Shown: positions 11,490-24,521, counted from the first letter of the stretch. The stretch is 64,000 nt of DNA from Marsupella aquatica (GCA_973895155.1 OZ316897.1:13701375-13765374), one strand, 5' to 3'. The notes: generated from the letters alone by a model not told the origin. Translations and numbers: made by a program.

Positions 11490-12930
11490 TTGCTCGTAAG
11501 AGAATATAAGTGTGTGCCTTGGATACAGATTTAGTCACTACTATGGATGTACACCTGAAGTTGGGGACATTTTTCTTTATTTGATGGGGATTTTATGGAT
11601 ACAAGGTCGAATTCTCTGCTCAGAACAGGAAAATGACAAGACTCGTGTGGTTGGAATTTTGAGGTCGATAGTAATAGCGTGATGACTGAAGAGGTCTTCG
11701 TGACCGGAGTTAAGGCGTTTTTACAAAACGTTCTCGCCATCTTGTGGAAAAAACTCAGCCAGTGATCCAGCTATGTAACAGGGAGTTGGAATTGCACCGC
11801 TCATGCATAAAGTCTATCATTGGTGCAATGATTCAGAAGGGTGCTAACCATATACGAGTATAGTGTCCAGGACTTGTACTGAGGGACAACGTTATGTGTT
11901 TGTATAGTAATTGCATCACTGCCTAATGTCATAAAGGTAGCACGAGAATGTTGAGAGGCTCAGCCTCCTTGTGTGCAAGATGTTCAAGTTTCGAAGTTTA
12001 CAAATATTAATTTTGTGCACGATGACCTCGAAACACCTCGCTCATGACTCTGCACAGCTGCTGTTGTTATGGATAATCGAAACCTGATCTGTACTTGTCC
12101 CACGTGAAAGTATCTTCGTCCCGGTTCGAAATCAAAGGCTGCAAAATGCCAGTCTCTGTCATCGCGTAAAAACGTATCCGTTCAAAATGTTCGTGAGATT
12201 GTTTTTACTTTGAAACGTTGAATGATGCAAAAAATCAAGAAGGTCCAGCTTTTCGAGAGTAGGTCAGTATAGATCACCATCCATCACTAGTAGATGAACT
12301 CCACATAGTAATGCAATCAAACACCTGGTAGACGAGGTTATAGTTGTCTTCCCCAGTACCTTAGTTTCTGTTGAAATAGAAATGCCCGTCACTATTTCCT
12401 TCGAATGCTGTCGTTAATCTTTACTCAGGTGCCACACCTTGTAGGTTGGACCAAACATGTAACAAGGTAAAGGAAGACAGATTCAACTTAATTCACCACC
12501 ATTTCAACCACTTTCCAATTTTGAAAATCTCCATATTCAGAGCTGAGCTCACGACTTTTGAGGACTCCTGCAACAATTTTGATTCAGTACTCCACAGCAT
12601 AATAATACGCCTGAGGCGAGATGTACACGTTCAGCATTACTCAGCTGAAAAACAGTTATGCTCAGCAGGATAGTCTCAACATGTCATGTGAGTAATGACT
12701 GCAAACCTCCGAAAGTAGGAGCCTAACTTGCCAACAATAACAATTCCAGCTAGACAGTGAGTTAAGAATAAGATTTTCAGCTAGACAGGCATGAAGGGTA
12801 CTCGACAAAACAGGGTTGTGAGCGCCATCTATTGACAAATGTGCAGGGCATAGATGGGACAACATCTGAACAAGGTAACTAGCGTCGTTTTGGATGGTAA
12901 TCAAAATTTGTCATTTTTATCTGAAGGGGT

Positions 12931-13250
12931 CGGAGATTGAATTGAAGGGACAGAAACTGCACTCCGGCTCAATCAGTGCTTAGCCAAGGTACCTCCGGGG
13001 TGATGTTAAGTAATTTCCAACATACCTAAGAGGACAAAAGTTGTACTCTGAGTTGGAACGGTAAACATTCTAAACAAGGTCATCTGGTATCACAGTGCCC
13101 TTTCGAATGGTAACCAAAATTAGTCAGTTTTTTTCTAAAGGACTCGGAGATTGATATAAGGGAACATATCAAACTGCACTCTGACCCACTAAGAATAAAA
13201 GTGTTTGGCAGAGGTACCTCCCGGGTGATAAACAGAATTTCCAGCATATC
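12931..13250. repeat. Degenerate duplication (~215-bp period) downstream of the ATP synthase 6-kDa gene
   Basis: CGGAGATTGA...AAACTGCACTC...AGGTACCTCC.GGGTGAT...AATTTCCA at ~12931 and ~13146. Confidence 0.65.
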
Positions 13251-13791
13251 AGAAGAGAAAAAGAAGCTTTACTTCAAGGGAAAGCAGTTGTAATCCAATT
13301 TGACAGCTATAGAATTTCTCAGTAGAGACAGGGTCGAGAGTGGGGAAGTAGAAGACATAACATGCAGTGAATAGACTCTTGCAACTTCCAAGGAAACCAG
13401 AGTGAATTCCGAATCCTAAGCTCCGTAGGCCCTGCAACAGCATCATTCCTGATCTAAAATTTAGGGCATGAAAAGGCGGTAACACCAGGGGAGGATCCGC
13501 AACTCAATATTTATTCAATCCACAAAATCGTGTTTTAACCTTCATGTTCATTCATAGCCATATTTCCATTTCCTGAAAATTTCATGGCCATTCAAAAAAT
13601 GCTGCAAGGAAAAGTAGACATCTCCTTTCTCGTTGCTCCGTCAACATCAGCTGTAGCAACCAGAGCCAAGAATACTCGGCTGATTCCGACGCCCACGTCC
13701 AGAGTCATTTCTGAGCCATTCATTTATTTCCACACAACGTTTGATAAAATTTCCTTCACTATCATAGCGTCATCGTCCTCCTGGCCTTCAA

Positions 13792-13971
13792 TCAACGGTG
13801 AGCATTAGGGTTGATCATGGTCGACTTCTGCGCATCCTTCGGATCAAGGGAGAGAGTGAGCTTGACCACAACGAACAAGGTAGTGGCAAAGCCGGCCATG
13901 AAAGGCCAGTTACGCTTCGCTTCTGAGAAAATGACCTGGGTAAAAGGCCTTCCCACCACTGGTCCCGCCAT
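13792..13971 (-). CDS. Mitochondrial ATP synthase 6-kDa subunit (plant MtATP6 family), 59 aa
   Basis: MAGPVVGRPFTQVIFSEAKRNWPFMAGFATTLFVVVKLTLSLDPKDAQKSTMINPNAHR has the family pattern F..E.KR.WPF..GFA.T....KLT..L...DA..S and one TM helix. Probable 5'-UTR intron ~14038-14360 (CAG|GTGAG ... GTGCAG). Confidence 0.85.
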   Translation of the reverse strand: MAGPVVGRPFTQVIFSEAKRNWPFMAGFATTLFVVVKLTLSLDPKDAQKSTMINPNAHR

Positions 13972-14865
13972 AGCGCCGACTCCTGCCTCCCAAGTGACTG
14001 AAGCTGCTCTGGTGCGACTGGCAAGCCTCTTTAGCCACTGCACATTACGGTTTGACCAATCAATTCTCCGGCCTCAGATTTCGACACACGAGCAACAACA
14101 AGGACAACCAAAATTCGACCGTAACGACGGTCAACAAAACCCACCGAGACGAAATTGCTCCGCCACTGCTCTCTACACAATCCTATGCTCATTCTCCAGA
14201 ACAGAAGGACGGATAAATTCTCATGGCCACAGAACTCCTCTACAGTAGCAATAAAAACCGAAATTCCCCCCATTGCATAACCCAACCAACGCCAATTCGG
14301 AAAACCTCATCATCGTTCAATCGAGCGTAAGCAACAAAGGTGCAGCACAGTATATCTCACCTGAGAGCGCGTAGAGTGTGTATCACCGGACTCACGGAGA
14401 TTCAATGCAGAGAAAGGCTCGTTCAGAAGTGTGATCAAGAATGTGAGAGCAGTGAGCTTTGGCAGCCCTAGACATCGAAACACGATCTCACGATTTGCCG
14501 AATGCTGTCAAAATTGGTCTGGGTCCCAAACTCCCATGGACCACCTAGATGTATGGGCCCCAAACTCTCATGGACCGGCTCCAAACCCTAAACAGTATAC
14601 TAGAGGTTTCTAAATTTTTGCCGGGGCCGAGAATATCATCTTGTATGAGATGGAGAGAATTTGAGGGCCCCATGGACCACTAGGTTGGTCATTGAGACCC
14701 CCATGGACCACATTTTCACAAAAAATAATTATAGTAATGATATTCACACACTCTAACATTTTTTTAGTTTTGGGAATGAGTTAGTGGACCTCCTAGCTAT
14801 TTTGCTTAGCAAGACTCAAGTATGAGTAACAAGGGCCACTAGGTGCAGCTAGCAGAAAGAGACAA

Positions 14866-14867
<2 letters not shown>

Positions 14868-14902
<35 letters not shown>
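14868..14902. repeat. (GA)n microsatellite
   Basis: About 17 consecutive GA units. Confidence 0.95.
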
Positions 14903-14904
<2 letters not shown>

Positions 14905-15137
14905 ACTACTAGCTAGTGTATTGCTTCCTAGAGCTTTAGAGAGCAACCTAAATGAGTGTCAATGATCTTCTTTGCAATATTTTTGGATTAACCCAAATCT
15001 ATAGGACTGCTTCAATCGATGCAAATATTTGCTCTTCATCAATACTCAATTTAGTACATAGTGTGAATCATCACTCTTGATCCTCCACTATTTCTTCTTT
15101 TTTGGATTTTCCTGGAAAATTGTTAGGATCACGGAAA

Positions 15138-15560
15138 TGTAACCATAGTTAGACTAACCGTGATCGTAGACGTGGTTAAGTTAACTAAGTTGCTCCGGGT
15201 GGCACCTGGCTGTATGTTGAGCATTCATTTGCTCTGTGGTCCTTTTTGGGGCTCTGTTTTTGTTTATTGAAGGCCTTCAAGGTCTCCCCCCCCCCCTCCG
15301 TGGGGTTCACGCGAAAAAAAGAAGAAGTTGCACACTATATCCTAAGTGGTGTTTGCTAGGATAGATGGAAGTAAGGCTCATTGTTATGGGCCACTTGAAA
15401 AATGAGGATAACTTACACTATGGAGATTTGGTATGGCCGACGGGCTTAGGGTTCAGTAAAACTCTCGTGTGTGTTCCCATGGACGTAACCTCAAGGAGGT
15501 GAATCACTTATCTCTTGTGTCAACTACTTGCGCGTTGGAAGCGTCATGTGCTTACTGTCA
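15138..15560. mobile_element. Degenerate LTR-like repeat, second copy at ~20166-20415
   Basis: Both copies start TGTAACCATAGTTAG.CTAACC and share GGAGA...TTGGTATGGC...TGTTCCC...ATCTCTTGT. Right boundary and TSD unresolved. Confidence 0.5.
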
Positions 15561-17537
15561 TGAATGTCGCCCATGCTCAACATGGACAACTAGTGTCTTA
15601 AGTCCCCCCCATGATTCATTTTCCTAAACTTATGGTTTTGATTGAATTGATTGTCATTACTCATGCAAGTAAGTATGTGTAACTTATGTGCACAACTATT
15701 CTATATCTTTATTCCATAAGACTTGTACTTTTCCTGATCATTATGTTATGTGTATTTCTTTGCTTGTGCCCTACTTCAATGCTTGTATCCCATTCATTGT
15801 TAAAAGATACTATTTTCTTTGCATATACTATACTTCTACTATTGTATTTTATTGTAAAAAATTAGATCTCTTACACATATCATTACAAGACAAAAAAACA
15901 AAGCATGTTCCGTGATGAACATGCTAGAAAATAGACATTATGCTCAGGGTATTTCTCTACAGAGACATCTGAAAGTCAAATAGACCATAATAGTTGAGAT
16001 CATCTCATCAGTTATGGGCCATTTTCATCAGTCAACCTGATATCAGTTGTCACATCATCTCAAAGAGGCTGCCAAGTTGCGACACAAAATAAATGCAAAT
16101 TTAAAATTAAAAAAATCTTCAAAATGTGAGTGAGGCCGCCAAGAGATGGCCAGGTGTCCAAACGGTATGTACACATGATTGCATTGGATTTCTAAAAATT
16201 TCCATTTTTCCATTTTGGGGGGTTTTTTTTTGGGTCCGTACGCCCATCTCAGCGAGGTCAGGTGAGATTGAGTCAATCTCAGCTGCCCAGTTGAGATGTA
16301 CAAAAGTGCGAAGGACCCATCATCAGCTACTCAGCTGAGATTCAAAATTTAAAGGCGACAAAACTGATAACTGAGATCAACAGCTGCTATGAGTCCTCAG
16401 CCATTGATAACTAATGTTGTGTACCCCACAACAGTTGATAAGTTTGGATAGAGCATAGCAACCATGTTAATTGTTTTTGAGTAATATGTTTCCTTTGTAT
16501 AAATGCTGGTGTCTGAAAGTGTTTAGTCCATTGGAGTCCATACATCAAATCTTGTGGTCCATCTTCCAAACTTGTACAATTTGTCCTTAATTTCTTCTCT
16601 TGCATCTCCAAACAACCAATATGGGATTATTGGAATTCTCAAATGTGGTCCATGGGAGTATTGTATGAAACCGTTTGGTTTATGGAAGCTCGTATGGAAG
16701 CTCACTAGACTAAACTAAGAAAAAATGGAATTATCTTACACTAGATTGTACATTACTTTGTTGAGAGTTCTCATTGTAGATTCTTTTTTCTTTTCTTGTT
16801 AGAAAATGGGAGCAAGTTTTGTTACAGACTCCATGCATCAAGGGAAAGTGCACACATTCTACACCATTGAGTGCATTTAGTGTTCTCATCTTGCCCCCAG
16901 GCAAGGGAGAATTAAATCTAATCTATGTCAATTTCCAAAGTCTGCTTTTTTGGCCCTAAGTCTGTCTTTTGTTCCCTAATGGACCAGTTGATGTCCAATA
17001 GAGTGAATACACCAAGTGTCCCATTGTTGGTGACCCACCATTCATCAATCTATGCGCTCTAAGCTATTGATTAGGGACTTGAAGTTGCATGCAAAGTGTA
17101 TAGTATATCAGTGGTGGACCTTACCACCCAGCGCCCTCACCAATCTCAGCACTTGCGCCTAAGTGCCCTTGGTGCCCGAACGCCTCCACGGAATAGCTCG
17201 AGCAAGCATCCAAGTACCTTTAGCACCACCAACGGCCACTCCCATACGAAGCCGCACTTGCTCACCTACTCGACCGCTACTCAACGGTCCTCATTGTCTG
17301 CACAAACAACCAAACACCTTGGTAAGTAACCCCTTTGGATCTAGAACTCGCCAAGTCTAGCATCCTAACTCAAGCTCAACAGACGTTGGTAAATAGGTCA
17401 GTGATAGGTCCTCCCGATGCCATAAGCCGGAACCAGAACCCACGCCCACTGTCCGTCCAGGACAGCTCCTTCCTTGGACGCGGCCCGGGTTCCCCCTCGT
17501 ACCTATCCATCACCAACTGACCGCCCTGACCTCAGGA

Positions 17538-17976
17538 TGTTGAGTATAGACGACGATCGCAACGGCAAGCCCATGAACCATCCAACGCACAATAGTCGAC
17601 ACAAGAGATACGTGGTTCACCTCCTTGAGGCTACGTCCATGGGAACACACAAGAGAGCTTTACTGAACTCTAAGCCCGTCGGCTATACCGAGTCTCCACA
17701 GTGTAAGCTCTCCCTATCTCTCAAGTGGCTCCATAACAATGAGCCTTGGTTCTGCCTCTCCAAGCACACATGCCTCTTATGATATAGTGTGCAACTTAGT
17801 TGTACCTAACCACATAGTTGTACCTAATCACGTAGTTGTACCTAACCACATAGTTGTACCTAATCACGTAGTTGTACCTAATCACGTAGTTGTACCTAAC
17901 CACATAGTTGTACCAACCCACGTTGTTGTACCAACCACGTCATACCTAACCTAGACGTAAGAGTAAATACCCAACA
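17538..17976. mobile_element. Nested solo LTR (439 bp) with 5-bp TSD CAGGA
   Basis: Termini TGTTGAGTAT...ATACCCAACA; CAGGA at 17533-17537 and 17977-17981. The homologous LTR at ~63650 has a single CAGGA (empty site). Confidence 0.9.
17797..17951. repeat. 18-bp minisatellite (TAGTTGTACCTAA(C/T)CAC(A/G)), about 8 copies, inside the nested LTR
   Basis: Seen directly; produces the VVPNHI/VVPNHV pseudo-ORF 17739-17954. Confidence 0.95.
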
Positions 17977-19719
17977 CAGGACATGCTCATGGCCCAAATA
18001 GCGTAGCTTGTCCTAAAGCTTGTCCCAAGCTTGTCTCAACACGTCGGGACCAGAACGGCCCCGACTCTAACACCGACTCCCGGTTTGCCCCACTGATGGT
18101 CTAGGGACCGAGCGCCCTTGGGACTCAGCCTCCATACCTACTTGGCCTTGCCTCCCCAATGCAAGCTCCCTTGGGAGGCTGAACGCGACCCGGCTGCTGT
18201 TCGACAGGATTTGGCAAACGGGCGAGCTAACACCCGCTAACCACGAGAACCCATGGCACCCCCAGACCCAGCTGAGATCAGGAGGGCGTAGCCCTTTTCA
18301 AGAGATTTCCAACGAACCCAAGAAGTCCTCCAACGGACTTCCCGTTGGGAAGATATCGCCATTTTCGTTTGACGGTTTCCCTTAGTGTCGCGATCGCCGC
18401 GGCTCACGACTTCGGCTCGCCTTTAGCCCCCAGGGAGACACCACTCCCCTCATATATACTTCTGGAGACCTGCCACCCCCGGACCAGCTTTGGTCCCTAA
18501 ACATTTGGCCCCCAACCCGGATCCCATCGCGCATAAAGGGCGCGCCACCAACTGGCAACGCCCATAACTTTCTTGATAGACATCCGCAAGCGGAGTGCCT
18601 TAGCCTGTTGTGACCGGGCCGACCCAGTGCTCATGCCTAGGCCCTCAGGTCTGATCGCCGCTCGGGGCCCCCGACCGGCCCAACCCGGATCGGGCCACAA
18701 CTTGCGCCCCAAGCGTCCGTTGCCAATGGCAACAACTCCATTGGCCTTGGGTTTAGAGGAGCTCACTCCCAAGCCCTCCGAACTCAAAGCCCATCCGACG
18801 GTCCGGACGACCATCCTTGAGCCCGGCCATTTCCCCTTGACCCAACCAGCCATAGGCTAGTCCAAGTCCTTAGTGTGTGTCCCCAGCTTGGCCCCTTGCC
18901 TCGCTAGCGCCACGTCTCATTGCCCACAAGTCTCCCCATGCTAAGTCCTCCCCGGATGGCCTATCCGGGCCTGGACCATAAGGGAGCTCGGCGTCGGAGT
19001 CAGCGACACCGGAGCTAAGTGTTAAGGTAGTCGAGTTCCGCAACTATATCTCTGGTAAGTGAACACCTGCAGCAACAGATCATAAGCTGCTAAATGTGCA
19101 AACTAAGGCAGCATTTAAAGTGGGAGTGATGGGTGTTCACTTGAGTGAAGATCTTCACTGCTGCTTTAGGGCTCGTGCAGGACCTGACTAGCACACTCTT
19201 AGAGTTAAGGCAAATTTATTATTACCATGACTAATTCATGACTTGATCCCAAAAATTGCTTCACCGCAATTAGACTTAGTAACTCTAAATGGAGCCAACA
19301 TTGTAACTTTTAGTTAAAAAATAAAACACTGGGTTAGCTGGTCTTTCCTCCTCAATTTTCCTCTTGTATTTTTCCATGAGTTTCCTCTTGTAGCCCCTCT
19401 TCTAGCAACATATGGTTTTGTTGGCGTATTTTAAACACCCTTCTAAACAATGCACTCCTAAGGCAATCAGACTCATCTTGTTGTCCCTTTTTCTCCAATG
19501 CTAGCAGGATCTTTTCTACCTACCAACATTGGAGGTCTTTGGGGCACTTCACCCTAGCCTTGATAATTTCTTTCAAGCTTGTGAGATATGTTGTGCAGAA
19601 CGGAGGCCTTTTCCCCTAGCTTCAATCCTCACCAGCTTCTTTCGGTAGCAGAGTGACGAGTTAAAGATCGAAATAAATAAAGAGTAACCACTACCACTCC
19701 AATATAGTGATGCACTATC

Positions 19720-20640
19720 TAACTATATAATTGCAATCCAAAGCTACCCTGTCTAGAGTGAAGCTTCTAGATTGTGACTCCATGGCATCACTGAGGTTAT
19801 GGTGAGAGTGGAAAATAGGGGTTGAGGACCGGGTGAGTCTCTGAAATTTGTGGAGCAAGCTTAAATGGCCTCATCTCTATTTATCTTAAAAGAACATTAG
19901 CACTCAGGCTAGTCACTCTAATGGTTCACATTAGCACAATCCTGTAACTACATAATTGCAATCACAAGCCACTCTCCTATGGTAGAGTGAAGCCCCGAGT
20001 GAAGCCTCTAGATTGTGACCCCGGGTGTAACTGAAGTTGGAGGTGCAAGTGGAAAACAGGGAGAGGGGGCATCTAGCTATATAATCTCAATTGAAAGCTA
20101 CTCTTCAAGGTTTACTCTTTAAAGTGAAGCTTTTATGCATTTTATTCTTGGGTCCAGAGTTGCTTTGTAACCATAGTTAGTCTAACCACACCCAACAACT
20201 TGATCATTGTTAGAAATGCCACTTAGTAAGTACACACACGCAAAAGCCAACTTGTGAATGGAACTCAGGTTCATTGATGGCTGAAGAGACATAAAGCTTG
20301 TGTTGGAGAGACTTGGTATGGCTGGTAAACCAGAGTGCAATAAAGTTCTCTTATATGTTCCCCTTGATTCACATCTCTTGTTAAGACTAATTGCTCATGG
20401 GATGTTTCATTGTGCATGCTCTCTAGGAGGGGTCTATCGCTCAAGAAAAGACTCTAGACCTTGATTCTGGGGCCGTAACTCAAATTGCATTGTGAGTGGA
20501 AAATGAAGATTGGAGGTGAGTGGAAAATTTGCATTGTGAGTGGAAATTGAAGATTGGGGGCACGGTGAGTCTTTGGAAATAGGCTTGAATATGCTCACCT
20601 CTATATAAGTTCAATACTTACACTCAAGCAAGTGCCATAG
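19720..20640 (-). repeat. Cluster of about 4 degenerate copies of the CTAGAG-hairpin repeat family upstream of RHIP1
   Basis: TCTAGAGTGAAGCTTCTAGA (~19752), AGAGTGAAGCC...CTCTAGA (~19985), AAGTGAAGCTT (~20122) and a further body copy at ~20450-20630 (GAGTGGAAAA...GGTGAGTCT). Confidence 0.65.
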
Positions 20641-20962
20641 CTAATGGTGTACATCTAGAGTCCTAACTAAGTTTACAAGTGTGACAAGAAAACACTCTTC
20701 TAACATTTTGGAGGTGAGGCTCTGAAGTCTCTGCAGGAATGCTTTACCGATCTACACTTACAGAAGAATAGTCACTCTTCTCGATCAGTTTTTCTGTCGA
20801 GAGGAACGGCAATGCGAAGAGCTGCGTAATTTAAGATCTTTCACTTTCTTGGCCTCGCTGGAAGGTAAGGATCTCTCCTCGTGAACTAGGGCAGAGGAAT
20901 TTTCGCGACGAATTGGGCTTTGTTGTGGGCTGAGAATTGGTTCACTAGGCAGGCAAACAATC

Positions 20963-23900
20963 ATGCCGGAAGGGGACGATTCCATCTTGCCCGATTACCA
21001 ACCATGGATCCAGAGCGCGAGCGCTCAGGCGGAGGAGCTGCAGAAGAATTTGGTGGAGGGTAAGGAGCAGGCCTTGCACACGGCCCGCGTCCACATTGGG
21101 CAGCTCTATGATGCCTCGTCGGTGCAGCTAGGCATTGTTCAGGCACGGTTGATTTTCACTTCCATACCCCGCCCGATTACTTCCCTTTGCGTTTGTTCAA
21201 ATTTTAGCTTGCTTTGTGGATTGAAGTGTTTGGAGAATTAGGCTTTTGTTGCGAACTGTTTGGTGTTCCTTTGCTTTACCTGGGTCCCAATTGGAGGAGG
21301 AAGACTGACGAATTCCAAACGAGGTATGCTAATTGTGATGGAGTGTACTGACACTGGTATTCGGTTGTGTTCGAGATTCAGGAAGCGATCAACAAGTCTA
21401 CAGTAGAGTACAAAATTTATGAAAACCTCTTTTTTGGCAAATTGAAAGGTGCCAATTCTGTCCCTAAATGATATATATTCTCTCTGTCTGTCTCTCTTTC
21501 CGTCCGATGTCTGTCTGCCTTTTTCTCTCTCTTGCATGGTTGTGCGTCGACGTAATTACCTCGGAGATTCACTTGTTAGGTCGAAGATATCTGGCAATGA
21601 GTGATGCAGAACACACGTCATGCTGCTGTTTAGAGCTGCGAAGAAGCTTCGGAAGTGCACATGTTTTTCCGGTCGATCCTGATCGGTTCATTTGCGATTC
21701 TTATTACAGCGTTTAGACTCTAATCGATAAGTGTGAAGCGGGGAGGACCCATTGCCATGCACTGATAGGAAAATAAAGTTGAAACAGAGTCGGCAGTATG
21801 GGAACCCTAAGTAACCCTCTCGATTGTAACCTTACTGTCCAGAATGGGCGTTTGAATTTGACTTGTGTGCGCTTGCAGAGGGCGTTTATGCAGTACAAGA
21901 GCACCCAAATATTGCTACAGGAGTCGGCATTGCTGGCTCTTTGCTTTTGATGAGAAGTAAGGCTGTCACTCCATTTGTTCCAAGATGGTGATATTATCAT
22001 GGATATTCATGGATGCGTACTTCGCTGTGCGCAAAAAACATATCTAATTGGAGGTTTTGTTACCACCTATTCCATCTCGTTACAGGACCAAGGCGATTTT
22101 TATGGCGGAACACCATTGGAAGATTTCAAACTGAAGAGGTATATTTGTCCATCCGTGACTTATTGGTAGTGTAATTGTAAATATGACAGGAAAAGCAGTC
22201 TTCTGTGCAGAAATCGATGTTGGTTGATACACAAACTGAAGCTGAGTGTTCCTTGATTTTTCATGATCCCACAAATTAACTCAGTTCAGGGATGACTACT
22301 TGCAGCAATTGGTGTTATCTGCTGAGAAATCCGTAAAGGAACTCCGCCAATCAGTTGACTTGCTGAAAAATGAAGGCAGAAAGCTGGAGGTTTGTACCTT
22401 TTCCCCGCTTTGGACAGTCCTCCTTTTCCTGACTATATTCTTATGATCGCATAGTCAAATCATTTTGTAGATGCGGAGTTGGATGAGCACGTTTTGCGTT
22501 GAAGGTAATTATTCCCTTTCAGATCAGAACATCCTCCATCTGAAACTTCTTATACGATGAAAAATACTAACAAGAGCAGTTTATGTCCACGACAAATTAT
22601 ATATGCTGCTGTGCATAGCAAAAGCGTTGGAGTGCAGTTGGGGATGCCTTTGATCATTTGGCTACCCATTATTGCAAATTAGCAGTTTAATTTGAAGCTG
22701 ACCTTTGAGAACGGACGCGTGCTTTTTATTCTCAAAGATTTTTATGGCTCAGAATAAGAAACGAGGCAAGGGCTCTCAGAAGATCGTCTATTGAACGTCG
22801 TGTTAATATGAAGTTTCTAATCACGCAGGAAAGGGCGAAGCTTGCCGAGGAGGAGTTGACGAGAGGACGATCGAAACTCAAGTATGTTCATAACTTGTGA
22901 CCAACTATGTCTCTTTACAGCATCCTTAACCTCTATCCCTAAATGGGTTTTTTTGGTTTGTTTTTGTATTTTCAAAAATTGGGAAATGTGATCCTCGATG
23001 GTCACGGAATTATCATGACCTTTCACGGAATTATCTGAACAATAGCCTACCACCGTAGTGATTTTGAGGTTCGCGCCAAATATATGTACTTCAGGAAATT
23101 TAGACTCATAATGGCGATATTCTAGGGTGTCATTACGAAATCCGGGAAAAGTTTTCCCATTAATGTAGAGACTATCCACGAATATGTCAATGTTATCGCG
23201 GGAAACAACAGTTTTCGAAAAATCTAGAGAATAGATCTATGGAGGTGCGTTTTCTCCCGAAAACAAAATGTGAAATTAGAATTTCGCACTGGGGATGCGA
23301 TCGACAGAGAAATAGAGCATCCAGTCGTACCTCCAAATGTGTTTTTTAGGTGGTGATTTACTTATTGTCGTCGCACAGTTCATTTGCGTTGATTCGTAGT
23401 CTTGCCACTCCTAGGAGGTCATATGCCGTAACATACCCGTTATGACTGTTCTGAAACAATTGTAATCATGAGTTGATCTAATTTGTGCTAACCTCTTTGT
23501 GATTGATGCCTGGATTAGACTATGGCTAGCAGCTTGTTTCCTTTGTGGATTTATAAAATGCCTGTGCTTCTCTTTTGAGAGTAAATTTGTTTGTCACAAT
23601 GTGTGTTCACTCGTCTGAATCAGAAATGCTGGGAGCCAGCTGCGGAGCCTAGTGAGCACGGTCTACAAGACCGAGCGTCAAGCAAGAAGTGAGTTCCACA
23701 TTTCTGCCTCCCCTTTTGCCTATCTTTTGGTTATTGTTGATTTTCTACAAACTACCATTCAGATGAATTTTCTGAGATTAATCTAAAATTGAACAGAGAA
23801 ATTTACTTGGATGTATCCAATTCAGCTGCAGGTCAATATTGGGCTCATTTACTTGGATGCTTATTTCAACATTCATCACCAGGTCACTACAAATAGTGAA

Positions 23901-24521
23901 TGTTTTCTTTGCGAACATGATGCAGGTCTTGTGGATGATTTGAGGGAGCTTCCCGGTCGCCAAGCCCTGAAGTTGCGTGCTGAGGTATGTTGACTTTTTT
24001 TTCAGAGTGAAAAGTGCATAAACGGGACTGTTGCCTTTAGTGTATTCACAAGCTGTATAAGGTCTGCTGGCATCAGTTGGTGTTTGAATCCTGAATCCTG
24101 AGTTGTGGTAATAGTTATGAATTATACACACTTGTACTGACCAATTGAGAAAGACTTATAGTCATTTAGGAACTGAAGTAGGTTTATCTCCTTTTGCGAT
24201 CATTTTTGGAGGGCTGAGTTTTGCAAATTAAAGCCATGCAGCTGTGTGATGGGCTTAATTTCGTTCATTTCTACTCAATCACAGTAACGACACTGCGACT
24301 GTGCTGAGTAATAACTGCGACTGAGCTGAGTAACAAATCAGCTAAGAACGCCACTAATATACTGTTGCTGTCAAGAGCAGACTGCTCTAAAGATGTGCTT
24401 GAACTAATATTTGTTGTCTTGCTAACAGGTAGCCTCAATGGCAGCGGAGGCAAAATCTCAACGGTCAAGCTTGGATAAGGATGTGGTGAAGATCGTAAAC
24501 AAGTATGGAATCAACGCATGA
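20963..24521 (+). CDS. RHIP1: RGS1-HXK1-interacting protein 1-like coiled-coil protein (9 exons)
   Basis: Exons 20963-21142, 21382-21448, 21879-21956, 22086-22138, 22306-22389, 22829-22881, 23624-23688, 23926-23984, 24429-24521 join in phase. Motifs YENLFFGKLKEG, RPRRFL, ELRQSVDLLKNE, LRELPGRQALKLRAEVASMA are typical of the family. Intron 1 appears to be GC-AG. Confidence 0.88.

Larger units (their letters stand above)
17112..19000 (-). mobile_element. LTR (probably solo) of the same family as the Gypsy LTR at 63251-64000
   Basis: Colinear homology from TGGTGGACCTT.CCACC (17112 / 63251) to ACCCAAGAA.TCCTCCAAC (~18334 / 64000). Far boundary uncertain (~19.0-19.7 kb). Confidence 0.8.

Noticed and set aside
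13811-14248. 145-aa plus-strand ORF
   Set aside because: Antisense shadow of the ATP synthase 6-kDa gene and its 5'-UTR intron; non-ATG start and no recognisable domain.
15990-16415. Element rich in ATCTCAG/CTGAGAT motifs
   Set aside because: Probably a transposon subterminal region, but termini and family could not be supported.
17739-17954. Repeat protein (VVPNHI)n
   Set aside because: Translation artefact of an 18-bp minisatellite inside a solo LTR.
22935-23350. Possible MITE in RHIP1 intron 6
   Set aside because: Composition differs from the flanking intron, but no convincing TIR or TSD could be defined.
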